From the IMG/VR virus record IMGVR_UViG_2565956658_000004, positions 39,937 to 103,936 of that record: a DNA stretch of 64,000 bases. The stretch is one strand, 5' to 3'. The first letter of the stretch is position 1. Each line of letters starts with the position of its first letter. Under the pieces are notes generated by a model. It was given only the letters and a program-made list of their open reading frames with translations, was not told where the DNA came from and did not search any database. The DNA is from a virus. Its lineage: Duplodnaviria; Caudoviricetes. A program made the translations under genes and the position numbers. Of this stretch, positions 1 to 7,524 are shown in pieces.

Positions 1-1198
1 CCCTACCAAATTAGCAACAAATGTTACACCAGCAGCAGCCAAACCTGATCCTGCAAAAACAAGTAATGCTGCAACCTCGGCAACCCAACCTAATTTAATG
101 ACAGGCGTAACTCCAGAAAAAGCAGCAACAGCAGTTTCATCTGATTTATCTCAGCAGAATACGAAGCAACCAGTTTCAATGTTTACAGATACATCGAATC
201 AGAATACTGCACAATCTGCTGGCAATCCTTACGCTATTCAGTCAAAGGGCAATAGTTTTAGTTATGCTGATCCACAAGCCGCAGCGCAGGCACGGGCAGC
301 AGGTGTTCCTGAACTTCAAGGCTCAGGTATTCAAACTGGATTAGGTATCCGTGGTGTTAAAGATTTTATGGCAAATACCCGTGAGATGGGAGCCAGTGAT
401 CAGCAAATACAAGCTGCTCTGGCTCGTCGAGAAATGAATTTGGGAATGCAGGGTTTTGGTGGAATTGCTCGACAGCTACAAGTACAAGAGCGTACACCAG
501 CGCAAGAAGCACAGTTGCAGACCGAAATCCAAAGAATAAGCACTCCAATAGCAGGTGCACGTGGCTTAACAGCAAGCCAGCGTAACCAGATTAATGACCT
601 ACAACAGGGTTATTCAAACCGTGAAAATGACGTTTATAAAACTTATGCTAACAATGCAGCAGCTTTACAGCGTGAAGCTATGGGGCAGGTAGGACAGAAT
701 TATCGTGCTGAGTTAGGTGAGCAAGGCGCAAATAGTCGTTTTAACTCTAATTTAGAACTTGATGCTCAGAAATTTAATGCTACGAATGATCTGGCCAACC
801 GTCAATTTAGTGCTGAACAGTTAAGCAACATGCCAGCACGTATGAAGCAACAAGCTGAATTGAATTTGCTTCAACAGTATGATGCAGCTCAGACTGATGA
901 AGAAAGAAAGCCGATTCTTGAAAAATTAGGGATGTTGAGAGGGCAGGCGCAGCAGCAAGTTGGTAAACTTACACCATTTAAGCAGTATGAAGTGGTTGAT
1001 GCAAAAGGTAATGTGACACAGCCAGCAAAAGATTATTTCATTGATGAACAAGGGCGAATTATCGACCCAATGGCAAATATGCAGTCGCAGCAAATTCCAC
1101 AAGCAGCGATTGAACATCTGCGCAAGAATCCAAATCAATCTACATATTTTGATGAAATGTTTGGTAAAGGCTCCGCTGCTAAATATTTGAAGGGGTAA
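1..1198 (+). CDS. Virion internal/DNA-ejection protein (5' end outside window)
   Basis: Frame is open from base 2; Q/A-rich helical sequence; C-terminal IPQAAIEHLRKNPxxxxYFDEMFGKGSAAKYL segment of the kind seen in podovirus ejection proteins; precedes the large polyvalent gene. Confidence 0.65.
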   Translation, partial: PTKLATNVTPAAAKPDPAKTSNAATSATQPNLMTGVTPEKAATAVSSDLSQQNTKQPVSMFTDTSNQNTAQSAGNPYAIQSKGNSFSYADPQAAAQARAAGVPELQGSGIQTGLGIRGVKDFMANTREMGASDQQIQAALARREMNLGMQGFGGIARQLQVQERTPAQEAQLQTEIQRISTPIAGARGLTASQRNQINDLQQGYSNRENDVYKTYANNAAALQREAMGQVGQNYRAELGEQGANSRFNSNLELDAQKFNATNDLANRQFSAEQLSNMPARMKQQAELNLLQQYDAAQTDEERKPILEKLGMLRGQAQQQVGKLTPFKQYEVVDAKGNVTQPAKDYFIDEQGRIIDPMANMQSQQIPQAAIEHLRKNPNQSTYFDEMFGKGSAAKYLKG

Positions 1199-1202
1199 AG
1201 AC

Positions 1203-1224
1203 CACCACCCGAAGGGTGGTTTTG
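1203..1224 (+). terminator. Intrinsic terminator
   Basis: ACCACCC-GAA-GGGTGGT followed by TTT just after the stop codon. Confidence 0.7.
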
Positions 1225-1276
1225 CTTACTAAATTTTATACAGATATGGTAAAATTGATGTTAGAGGTGAGGGTAC

Positions 1277-1831
1277 ATGCTGATTAATCGAGAACGTGAA
1301 AAAATCATAAATTTGGTGGCTTATTTTGCAGATAATGTAAATTATCTTGGCAAAACAAAGTTATTCAAATTGCTTTATTTTGTTGATTTCGAACATTACA
1401 AATTGACTGGTCGTAGTGTTACTGGTTTAGATTATTATGCATGGAAAATGGGACCAGTTCCTACAATGTTGTTTGATGAAATAGAACGACCTGAGCCAGA
1501 CATGCAGGAAAAGGTAAAGGTGCAGCAAAAGACTTTACAGAATAATAAAAAGATGTTCTGCATTGAGGCTATTGCTCAGTTTGATAGTCGATTATTTACC
1601 AAAAGAGAATTACGACTTATAGGGGAATTTGCTCAAAAATATAAAGAAGCGAAAGCGGAAGACATGGTTGAAGCCACTCATTTGGAAAATCTACCATGGA
1701 GTAAAATCTATAACTCCCCAACAGGCAAGCAGAAAATAATTCCATATGAGTTGGCATTAAGAACTCAAGAGTTGGAAGAAATGAAAGCCTTTATAAGTGA
1801 AAGACAAGATTTTATTGGTTTGTTTAAATGA
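1277..1831 (+). CDS. Panacea (DUF4065/SocA-like) antitoxin
   Basis: GKTKLFKLLYFxD...TG..Y.AW.MGPV and ATH....PW motifs. Confidence 0.85.
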   Translation: MLINREREKIINLVAYFADNVNYLGKTKLFKLLYFVDFEHYKLTGRSVTGLDYYAWKMGPVPTMLFDEIERPEPDMQEKVKVQQKTLQNNKKMFCIEAIAQFDSRLFTKRELRLIGEFAQKYKEAKAEDMVEATHLENLPWSKIYNSPTGKQKIIPYELALRTQELEEMKAFISERQDFIGLFK

Positions 1832-2241
1832 ATGATGTAGGTTCGGTTTTTCTTCATAAAGAATTTGAGTTTGCTGATGGTGGAAAAGCACAAAAATTCT
1901 TTGTAGTTATTGGTAGGCATAATGGGGTTGTGATTGCTGCTAAAACAACTTCACAGCAACATGGGCGTGGGATTAGTTATGGCTGTCAACCTTCAGACAG
2001 ATTCCATAATTTTTATCTACCTACAGGTAGTTGTTACTTTGACAAGTGTACATGGGTTTGTCTTGATGAATTTTATGAGTTTTCGGACTCTGAGTTATTT
2101 AATGCAAGGTTTAGTGGCACGGTTCGATTTACTTGTACTCTTGATGCTGCACATATGAAAATATTACAGGACTGCGCAAAGGAGAGCGAAGACATAACAT
2201 CAATTCAGGAAAATATTATTAATAATAGCATTGTGCAATAA
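1828..2241 (+). CDS. Putative PemK/MazF-like toxin paired with the Panacea antitoxin
   Basis: F.F.DG...KFFVVIG...KTTSQ pattern; 4-bp overlap (ATGA) with the antitoxin gene. Confidence 0.6.
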   Translation: MNDVGSVFLHKEFEFADGGKAQKFFVVIGRHNGVVIAAKTTSQQHGRGISYGCQPSDRFHNFYLPTGSCYFDKCTWVCLDEFYEFSDSELFNARFSGTVRFTCTLDAAHMKILQDCAKESEDITSIQENIINNSIVQ

Positions 2242-2363
2242 AATTATTAATCATCTGCGTGATTAATAAGAATTGTTTAAAGAATGGTTCAAAACTTTGC
2301 ATGGAATGGAAATAGAGTTAAAATGAACAAAATATGCATATTTTTTAGACATAAGGTGGTTCA

Positions 2364-3101
2364 ATGGTAGCCCCGATACCGAAAACAAAAGCAGTCGAAT
2401 TGTTAGCGGAACTTTCTAGCTATGAGAGATTGCAAGTTGTCATGTCTGAATTTAATACAAATAAATTTTTAAGAGATATTAAAAAACTATTTGATAGTAA
2501 GGTAGACATTGCTAATTTGTGGATATGTAAAGGGTTTGTTTATTCTTTATCTAATCAACCTGAAGCGATGGTTGATGCTTTTAGAAATGCACAAAAATTA
2601 GGTGCAACTGATAAATACTCAATGTTCAACCAGGCTACACAATATATTCTTCATGGATATTATGAAAATGCCATCGAGGCATTAGTATTAAGTAAGGATG
2701 ATGTAGCCCAAGAACAGCTTGAAAGAATCGCTATCTCGACTTTTGATTATGATCAGATCGAACAGCATGACTTAAGTGTAGTGGCAAAAAATAATTTATT
2801 AAAAAGAAAATCAAGATTAGCTGAGCTAGGTATTGATATTAATGAGGCAAAGGTACTCATGAATGCTTTCTTTCAAATATTAAAAAGTCGTAAATGTAGG
2901 TTTGGTTTGGTACATCATGATACTAATCAAGACGAATATTATCTGCATTTTGAGGCTGTTACTGATATTGATATGACACATTCAGTTTTGAATGAGTTTG
3001 ACATTTATATTGCTGAGCATCCAGAGCTTTATAAAGTTAATTCTAAAATTAATATTGTACTCACGCCTATTTCATCAATTAGACATAATTCTGTAGCGTA
3101 A
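2364..3101 (+). CDS. Hypothetical TPR-like protein, partner of the downstream HEPN gene
   Basis: Helical-repeat pattern (W..KG.VY......EAM.DAF..A..L); 1 bp from the HEPN gene. Confidence 0.5.
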   Translation: MVAPIPKTKAVELLAELSSYERLQVVMSEFNTNKFLRDIKKLFDSKVDIANLWICKGFVYSLSNQPEAMVDAFRNAQKLGATDKYSMFNQATQYILHGYYENAIEALVLSKDDVAQEQLERIAISTFDYDQIEQHDLSVVAKNNLLKRKSRLAELGIDINEAKVLMNAFFQILKSRKCRFGLVHHDTNQDEYYLHFEAVTDIDMTHSVLNEFDIYIAEHPELYKVNSKINIVLTPISSIRHNSVA

Positions 3102-3102
3102 C

Positions 3103-3510
3103 ATGAGTTTTAAGCCACAACATAGACTGAGTTATGCTCTCGAGCTTTATGATTCTGAATTTTCAGGTGAGGTACATAATCGATGTATCATTCATCAAGC
3201 ATATTACGCAGCTTTGAATCAGGTTCAATACGAAATTGAGAATCGACTTTTTTTTATTGTTGATGATGAGGATCGCAAAAAGCAGTCACACAAGGCGTTT
3301 ATAGATGCCTGTGAAAATCAGTTGGGAAAATTGGTTGCTGGTGATGTCCGTAGACAATTGTTGGTCTCTATTGTCAATAACTTGCGTAGAGCAAAAAGAC
3401 TGCGAGAAACTGCTGATTACAGATTAGATTCAAATATTGATAAAACCAGTGCTCAGGTTGCATTAAGACATGCTCAGGAAATATTTGATACTCTAGAGCA
3501 ATTTGATTGA
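3103..3510 (+). CDS. HEPN-domain protein (putative RNase toxin)
   Basis: R....QAYYAA, SH..FI and R.TADY motifs. Confidence 0.8.
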   Translation: MSFKPQHRLSYALELYDSEFSGEVHNRCIIHQAYYAALNQVQYEIENRLFFIVDDEDRKKQSHKAFIDACENQLGKLVAGDVRRQLLVSIVNNLRRAKRLRETADYRLDSNIDKTSAQVALRHAQEIFDTLEQFD

Positions 3511-3538
3511 AAAAAAACCTGCAATTGCAGGGTTTTTA
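3510..3538. terminator. Bidirectional terminator
   Basis: A-run, CCTGC-AATT-GCAGG, T-run between convergent genes. Confidence 0.7.
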
Positions 3539-3570
3539 ATAGTTGATTCGCAAGTCGAATGATGTCAACA

Positions 3571-4386
3571 CTATTTGATTTGATTCATGACACTTTGCAC
3601 TTGTTCTTTAGTTAAAGGCTTCATTTTTTCATTCATACAAGCACTATAATCTTCAATAATCATATTTTCTTGTTTAGTAATTAATTCATCTTTTAGACAA
3701 CGATCCTTTTCACATTTACTGTTTCGCACTAGCTTCTTAAAATCATCATATCTTTTAGTATTCGCATTTTTGGTTTTTAAAATATTAAATAATTTCTCTG
3801 AGTAAGCTAAATATTTCTCTCTATTTCTAGGGTTTATAACTTGATCAGGGTCTTGTCCAATTAACGAATGTAATAGATGCCCAAACTTAGGTGCATATGC
3901 TCTTTCTTGCTTTGAATTTAATTCTCCATCAGTATGGGCATATGCATCCGCATATGCATGTATCAATAGCCCCGCTTTCCATATATCTTCAGGATCTTTT
4001 AGGTTGTTTTTTATTGCATTTTCTATAGATTTTCTTCTAGTTTTAATATCCTCACTATTGCCACCATGCAATGAGTGAAGTTTAGTTACTACATCGTTGG
4101 TAAATTCATTACTTGCAAAAGGAAACTTATTTTTAACTGCATTCACAATTGCATCGTATTTTTTATAAGCATCAGGATATTGTGAGAAATAAGTTAACGC
4201 CATTGTATCTGAGATGTTTCTTCCAGCTATTCTAGATACCATATAAGATGTAGTTGAGTGCCCCACGCTACTTGATTTATTAGTACTTGGAGCACATTCT
4301 ATTACTGCATCGAAAGGACTTAGTTCACCAGCAAAGGCCGTTGAACTAAAAAGCGATAACAAGCTAAGTAAAAGAACTTTTTTCAT
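3571..4386 (-). CDS. Secreted putative Zn-dependent hydrolase (phospholipase C/P1 nuclease-like)
   Basis: Signal peptide MKKVLLLSLLSLFSSTAFA; GH..T, SQYPD, LH.LH, HAYADAYAH and GH..DPD metal-ligand motifs. Confidence 0.5.
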   Translation of the reverse strand: MKKVLLLSLLSLFSSTAFAGELSPFDAVIECAPSTNKSSSVGHSTTSYMVSRIAGRNISDTMALTYFSQYPDAYKKYDAIVNAVKNKFPFASNEFTNDVVTKLHSLHGGNSEDIKTRRKSIENAIKNNLKDPEDIWKAGLLIHAYADAYAHTDGELNSKQERAYAPKFGHLLHSLIGQDPDQVINPRNREKYLAYSEKLFNILKTKNANTKRYDDFKKLVRNSKCEKDRCLKDELITKQENMIIEDYSACMNEKMKPLTKEQVQSVMNQIK

Positions 4387-4479
4387 TTTTATTCCCCTTA
4401 TGTATATAAAATTTAATAATAAACAGACATATGAGGGGAAAGTCAAACTTATTTTTCTGGCGCTTCTTTGCTTGCCTTA

Positions 4480-4567
4480 TTTCTAAATCATCTGTGAGAT
4501 GAACAACCATGGGTAAATCGCAATCGTATTCAACAAACTTTTCTAAATCATCTATGCGATGAACAAC
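4480..4567 (-). CRISPR. Type I-F mini-array 1 (2 repeats, one 32-nt spacer)
   Basis: Minus-strand 28-nt repeats GTTGTTCATCGCATAGATGATTTAGAAA (4540-4567) and GTTGTTCATCTCACAGATGATTTAGAAA (4480-4507) with TCATC/GATGA stem and TTTAGAAA handle; spacer 4508-4539 is exactly 32 nt. Confidence 0.9.
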
Positions 4568-4700
4568 TAGAGAAATCTAACAACAATCTCTCTAGCTTCA
4601 TTAAGATAGCACAACTTTTGCTGTGCCACCTTTTTTTTGTACAGGTGGTTAATTCATTGTTTTCAATGAAATTAATTTAGCGACCACTTGCAGGGTTTTT
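4568..4700 (-). promoter_or_regulatory. Leader/promoter of mini-array 1
   Basis: Extended -10 TGcTATCTT (4611-4603); AT-rich IHF-like AAACAATGAATTA; A-run-GG tract like those in I-F leaders. Confidence 0.5.
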
Positions 4701-4706
4701 TATCGA

Positions 4707-5591
4707 CTATTTGCCTCTAAAAAATTTTATCAATTCAGATTGTTTAAGGTGATAAGGGTAATCTTGCATTATCCTTGCATCTATTTCTTTAGTTCGTTCA
4801 ACTCCTAAAGTCAAACTAGCTGAAAATGCCCCATCAGAAAAATGACTTTGGATATCTGATGCCATTTTTGGATTGAGTAATCTGATCGAGTCTGAGTAAC
4901 AAATCCACCATCTAGAAACCCACATCATATGTAACGCTGTATTATTTGCATGGCTCTCAAAGTTTGGGCTCTTCGATTGATATTTTTTTTCTGCATTGCT
5001 ATACAGCGCAATCAAATGGTGAACATACTCAACTGCAACAGGAATTGATTCAAATGGGATTTCGTCAATGTGCTCAACATTGAAGCGCTGGTGAACAAGT
5101 TTATATGCATCGCTGTAACTTAAATGCTTGGTCTTAGCTACAAGCATGTTTACAGCATTGGTTAGCGGTTCTCGGTCAGATTTATGCGTTTTGGCTAAAA
5201 ATTCCTTACGGACAAAATAGCAATCTTCAAGCTGCTCGAATACTTCCCAAGCTTGGTCAGTGTCGAGCATTTTAGCGTGTCGTGCTGCACCGCGTTCTGT
5301 CCAGAGGGTCAACACACGTGTTTTGGATGAAATTTGTGTGTGAATATTATTCACGAGCAAATCATTTGTGAGTAGCTTTAAACTACTCACAAAATCTTTG
5401 AGTTCTTGGCCAGCAATTTTGAAGAAGTGTTTACCCTCAACAAAACGTTGTTTGTTGTTTGAAAAGTTTTTACGAATATTGTCTGTGTCGGTGCCATAGA
5501 AGCCGGAAAGCATTTCGGTAGTAATAACAGGAATGGATTTGAAGTTTATAATTGATACTTGCGTATCATTGATTTGTGCTAAACTTGCCAT
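4707..5591 (-). CDS. Phage antirepressor (ORF6N N-terminal domain plus P22 Ant-like C-terminal domain)
   Basis: PVITTE.L..FYG...I..NF..NK.RF.EGKHFF and LWTERGAARHAKMLDTDQAWEVFE.LEDCYF motifs; YKLVHQRFNVEHIDE. Confidence 0.9.
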   Translation of the reverse strand: MASLAQINDTQVSIINFKSIPVITTEMLSGFYGTDTDNIRKNFSNNKQRFVEGKHFFKIAGQELKDFVSSLKLLTNDLLVNNIHTQISSKTRVLTLWTERGAARHAKMLDTDQAWEVFEQLEDCYFVRKEFLAKTHKSDREPLTNAVNMLVAKTKHLSYSDAYKLVHQRFNVEHIDEIPFESIPVAVEYVHHLIALYSNAEKKYQSKSPNFESHANNTALHMMWVSRWWICYSDSIRLLNPKMASDIQSHFSDGAFSASLTLGVERTKEIDARIMQDYPYHLKQSELIKFFRGK

Positions 5592-5661
5592 GTCAGTTTT
5601 CCTTGTTCGGAAGTTGATAACTAGCCCCATAAATCTTGGTCGAGGAGTGGGGCTTTTTTTT
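5591..5661 (+). ncRNA. Putative sar-like antisense RNA against the antirepressor RBS
   Basis: Extended -10 TGcTAAACT (5577-5585) inside the first antirepressor codons; AGCCCCA...TGGGGCT-T7 terminator ending about 5661. Confidence 0.6.
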
Positions 5662-5725
5662 ATCCCCATTGGGGATGTATTTAATTTATAACCACAAAAA
5701 CCTATTGTCAATCCCCAATGGGGAT
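5662..5725. promoter_or_regulatory. Two 15-bp palindromic operators between ant and arc
   Basis: ATCCCCATTGGGGAT (5662-5676) and ATCCCCAATGGGGAT (5711-5725). Confidence 0.8.
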
Positions 5726-5770
5726 ATTACTATTAATTTAATAAATCGAAATTTTGTTAGAGAAATAGAT

Positions 5771-6133
5771 ATGGCTAGAAATCTTGATGTTGAATACAAG
5801 ATGCGTATGACGCAAGAGCTTAAGGAAAAGATTGTTGAATCAGCAAAATTTCATAACCGTTCTATGAATGCTGATATTGTTGCGAGAATTGAACAAAGTT
5901 TTGAGCCTGATTTTTTTAAAATAACAAAATTGAATGACTTAGAAGAACCCGCAGCCTCCATCGAAATTGGTGCTATAACAATTGGTTTGTATGAATCTCA
6001 ATACAAAGAGATCAAACTAACGCAACTAGGTCTTAATTATTGGCTCTTAAGTTACCATGCTGTTTTGTGTCATCTAAGAGATGAGAGTGCCAAGCAACTT
6101 ATTGAGCTGGGTTGTGCCTACACCACATTGTAA
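5771..6133 (+). CDS. Arc/Mnt-family ribbon-helix-helix repressor
   Basis: YKMRMTQELKEKI.E.AK..NRSMNADIVARIEQSF. Confidence 0.9.
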   Translation: MARNLDVEYKMRMTQELKEKIVESAKFHNRSMNADIVARIEQSFEPDFFKITKLNDLEEPAASIEIGAITIGLYESQYKEIKLTQLGLNYWLLSYHAVLCHLRDESAKQLIELGCAYTTL

Positions 6134-6182
6134 ATCTAGATTTTAAAGAGGATATAAACATATTCAGTATTTTAAATCATGA

Positions 6183-7313
6183 TTAATTACACTGCACCAT
6201 ACCACCAATATCTCGACACACCCCACCATTTTGCTGAAAATAAGTGCCATTATTGCCTGCATATCGGTTGCCTTGGTTATCCCAACACCCTGATCCATCG
6301 CAACTCGTCATATGCGTGGACTGTGGTGCTGGAGCGGGGGTGGTCATTGGTGTTGAGTTGTTGATGGTAGTGTAATCATCGTAACGAGTTTTAGAACTTG
6401 AGTAGCTGTCGGTATTTTGATAATAATCGTTTGAAGTTAGAGAGCTTGTATCCTCTGTAGAGCGTGTACGATAAACGTACTTATTGCTATTGCTGTCATC
6501 GTATGAATGGTAATTGTTTGAATAACTTGACGTAGTTCCCAAATTATTATTTTGTCTTTCTTGTTGAGGTGGTGTGGTTGTTCCGTTATTCAAATCCATT
6601 TCCCGAGGCTTCACATCATGATTCTGTGGGTTTTGTTGCACAAACTGAGCAAAAGGGTTTTCTTCTTTCTTTTCTTGTGGCTTAACAAATTGAGCAAACG
6701 GATTCTGTTGATTAGTGGTTTGCTGTAGTTGATTATCTTGAGTTGGGTTTTTCCGCTGCACTAAGCTCGAACCAACAGCTATAAAAATAAAGGTAGTAAC
6801 AAATAAAATCACTGTGGCGCTAACTAGTGGTATCCACCAAGATTTTTTTTGATATCTATTATTTAAAGTTTCCTTAACATATTTTGTCTGTTTTCTTGCA
6901 TAGGCGAAATACCAAATAATGATATACCAAAAGCCTAAACCTCTTGCTACAGTTGTGGATTGCTCAAGATTAGCATCGGCTAAATACGAAAGAAAATTAA
7001 TGAATAAAATAAATACAATGGTAAAAATCAACCAGTTTCTCGCATTACTCGCTTCATTTGAGTTGCCGAGAGCTTGCCAATTTTTCATTTGTAAAAATGA
7101 ACCGAAAATAGGAGTAAACAGTAAGCTCCAATTTGCAGCCGCATTTGGATTCCACAATTCGATTTGTTTTTTTCTTGGTTGCGGTGATTCTGTTTTTATT
7201 GGCTGTTGATGTGTTTGTGCAGGCTGAATATTTTTAATTTCTAATTTATTACCACAGCTACTACAAAACTTAGCATCGTTACTATTCGTTTGCCCACATT
7301 GATTACAGAACAT
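6183..7313 (-). CDS. Zinc-ribbon inner-membrane protein carrying a copy of the ejection-protein N-terminus
   Basis: N-terminal CxxC..CxxC, 3-4 TM helices, then NPFAQFVKPQEKKEENPFAQFVQ, a S/T/N-rich linker and a Cys-rich C-terminus. Confidence 0.75.
   Translation of the reverse strand: MFCNQCGQTNSNDAKFCSSCGNKLEIKNIQPAQTHQQPIKTESPQPRKKQIELWNPNAAANWSLLFTPIFGSFLQMKNWQALGNSNEASNARNWLIFTIVFILFINFLSYLADANLEQSTTVARGLGFWYIIIWYFAYARKQTKYVKETLNNRYQKKSWWIPLVSATVILFVTTFIFIAVGSSLVQRKNPTQDNQLQQTTNQQNPFAQFVKPQEKKEENPFAQFVQQNPQNHDVKPREMDLNNGTTTPPQQERQNNNLGTTSSYSNNYHSYDDSNSNKYVYRTRSTEDTSSLTSNDYYQNTDSYSSSKTRYDDYTTINNSTPMTTPAPAPQSTHMTSCDGSGCWDNQGNRYAGNNGTYFQQNGGVCRDIGGMVQCN
6636..6706. repeat. 71-bp inverted repeat, copy 1
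   Basis: Reverse complement of 7454-7524 with one synonymous mismatch. Confidence 0.95.
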
Positions 7314-7453
7314 TTCCCCACCAAAAAATTTAATAATTATATAAAGTTACGATAGAGTATTTTTTAAACTTCTTCAATACACCCCTCTAAGGTTCGACCA
7401 TTTTCATTATAAAAATCATGATAGACGCATATTTTAGGAGTGCGTCATGTCTG

Positions 7454-7524
7454 AGAATCCTTTTGCTCAATTTGTTAAGCCACAAGAAAAGAAAGAAGAA
7501 AACCCTTTTGCTCAGTTTGTGCAA
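7454..7524. repeat. 71-bp inverted repeat, copy 2
   Basis: Encodes the N-terminal NPFAQFV repeats of the large virion protein. Confidence 0.95.

Noticed and set aside
4415-4448. A third repeat of mini-array 1
   Set aside because: Only the initial GTT resembles the repeat; no stem or handle
5636-5770. Extended N-termini of the arc and antirepressor ORFs in the supplied track
   Set aside because: They run across operators and the terminator; the domain starts fit 5771 and 5591
6636-7524. The 71-bp repeat as a diversity-generating retroelement TR/VR pair
   Set aside because: Only one mismatch, no adenine-biased variation, and no reverse transcriptase in the window
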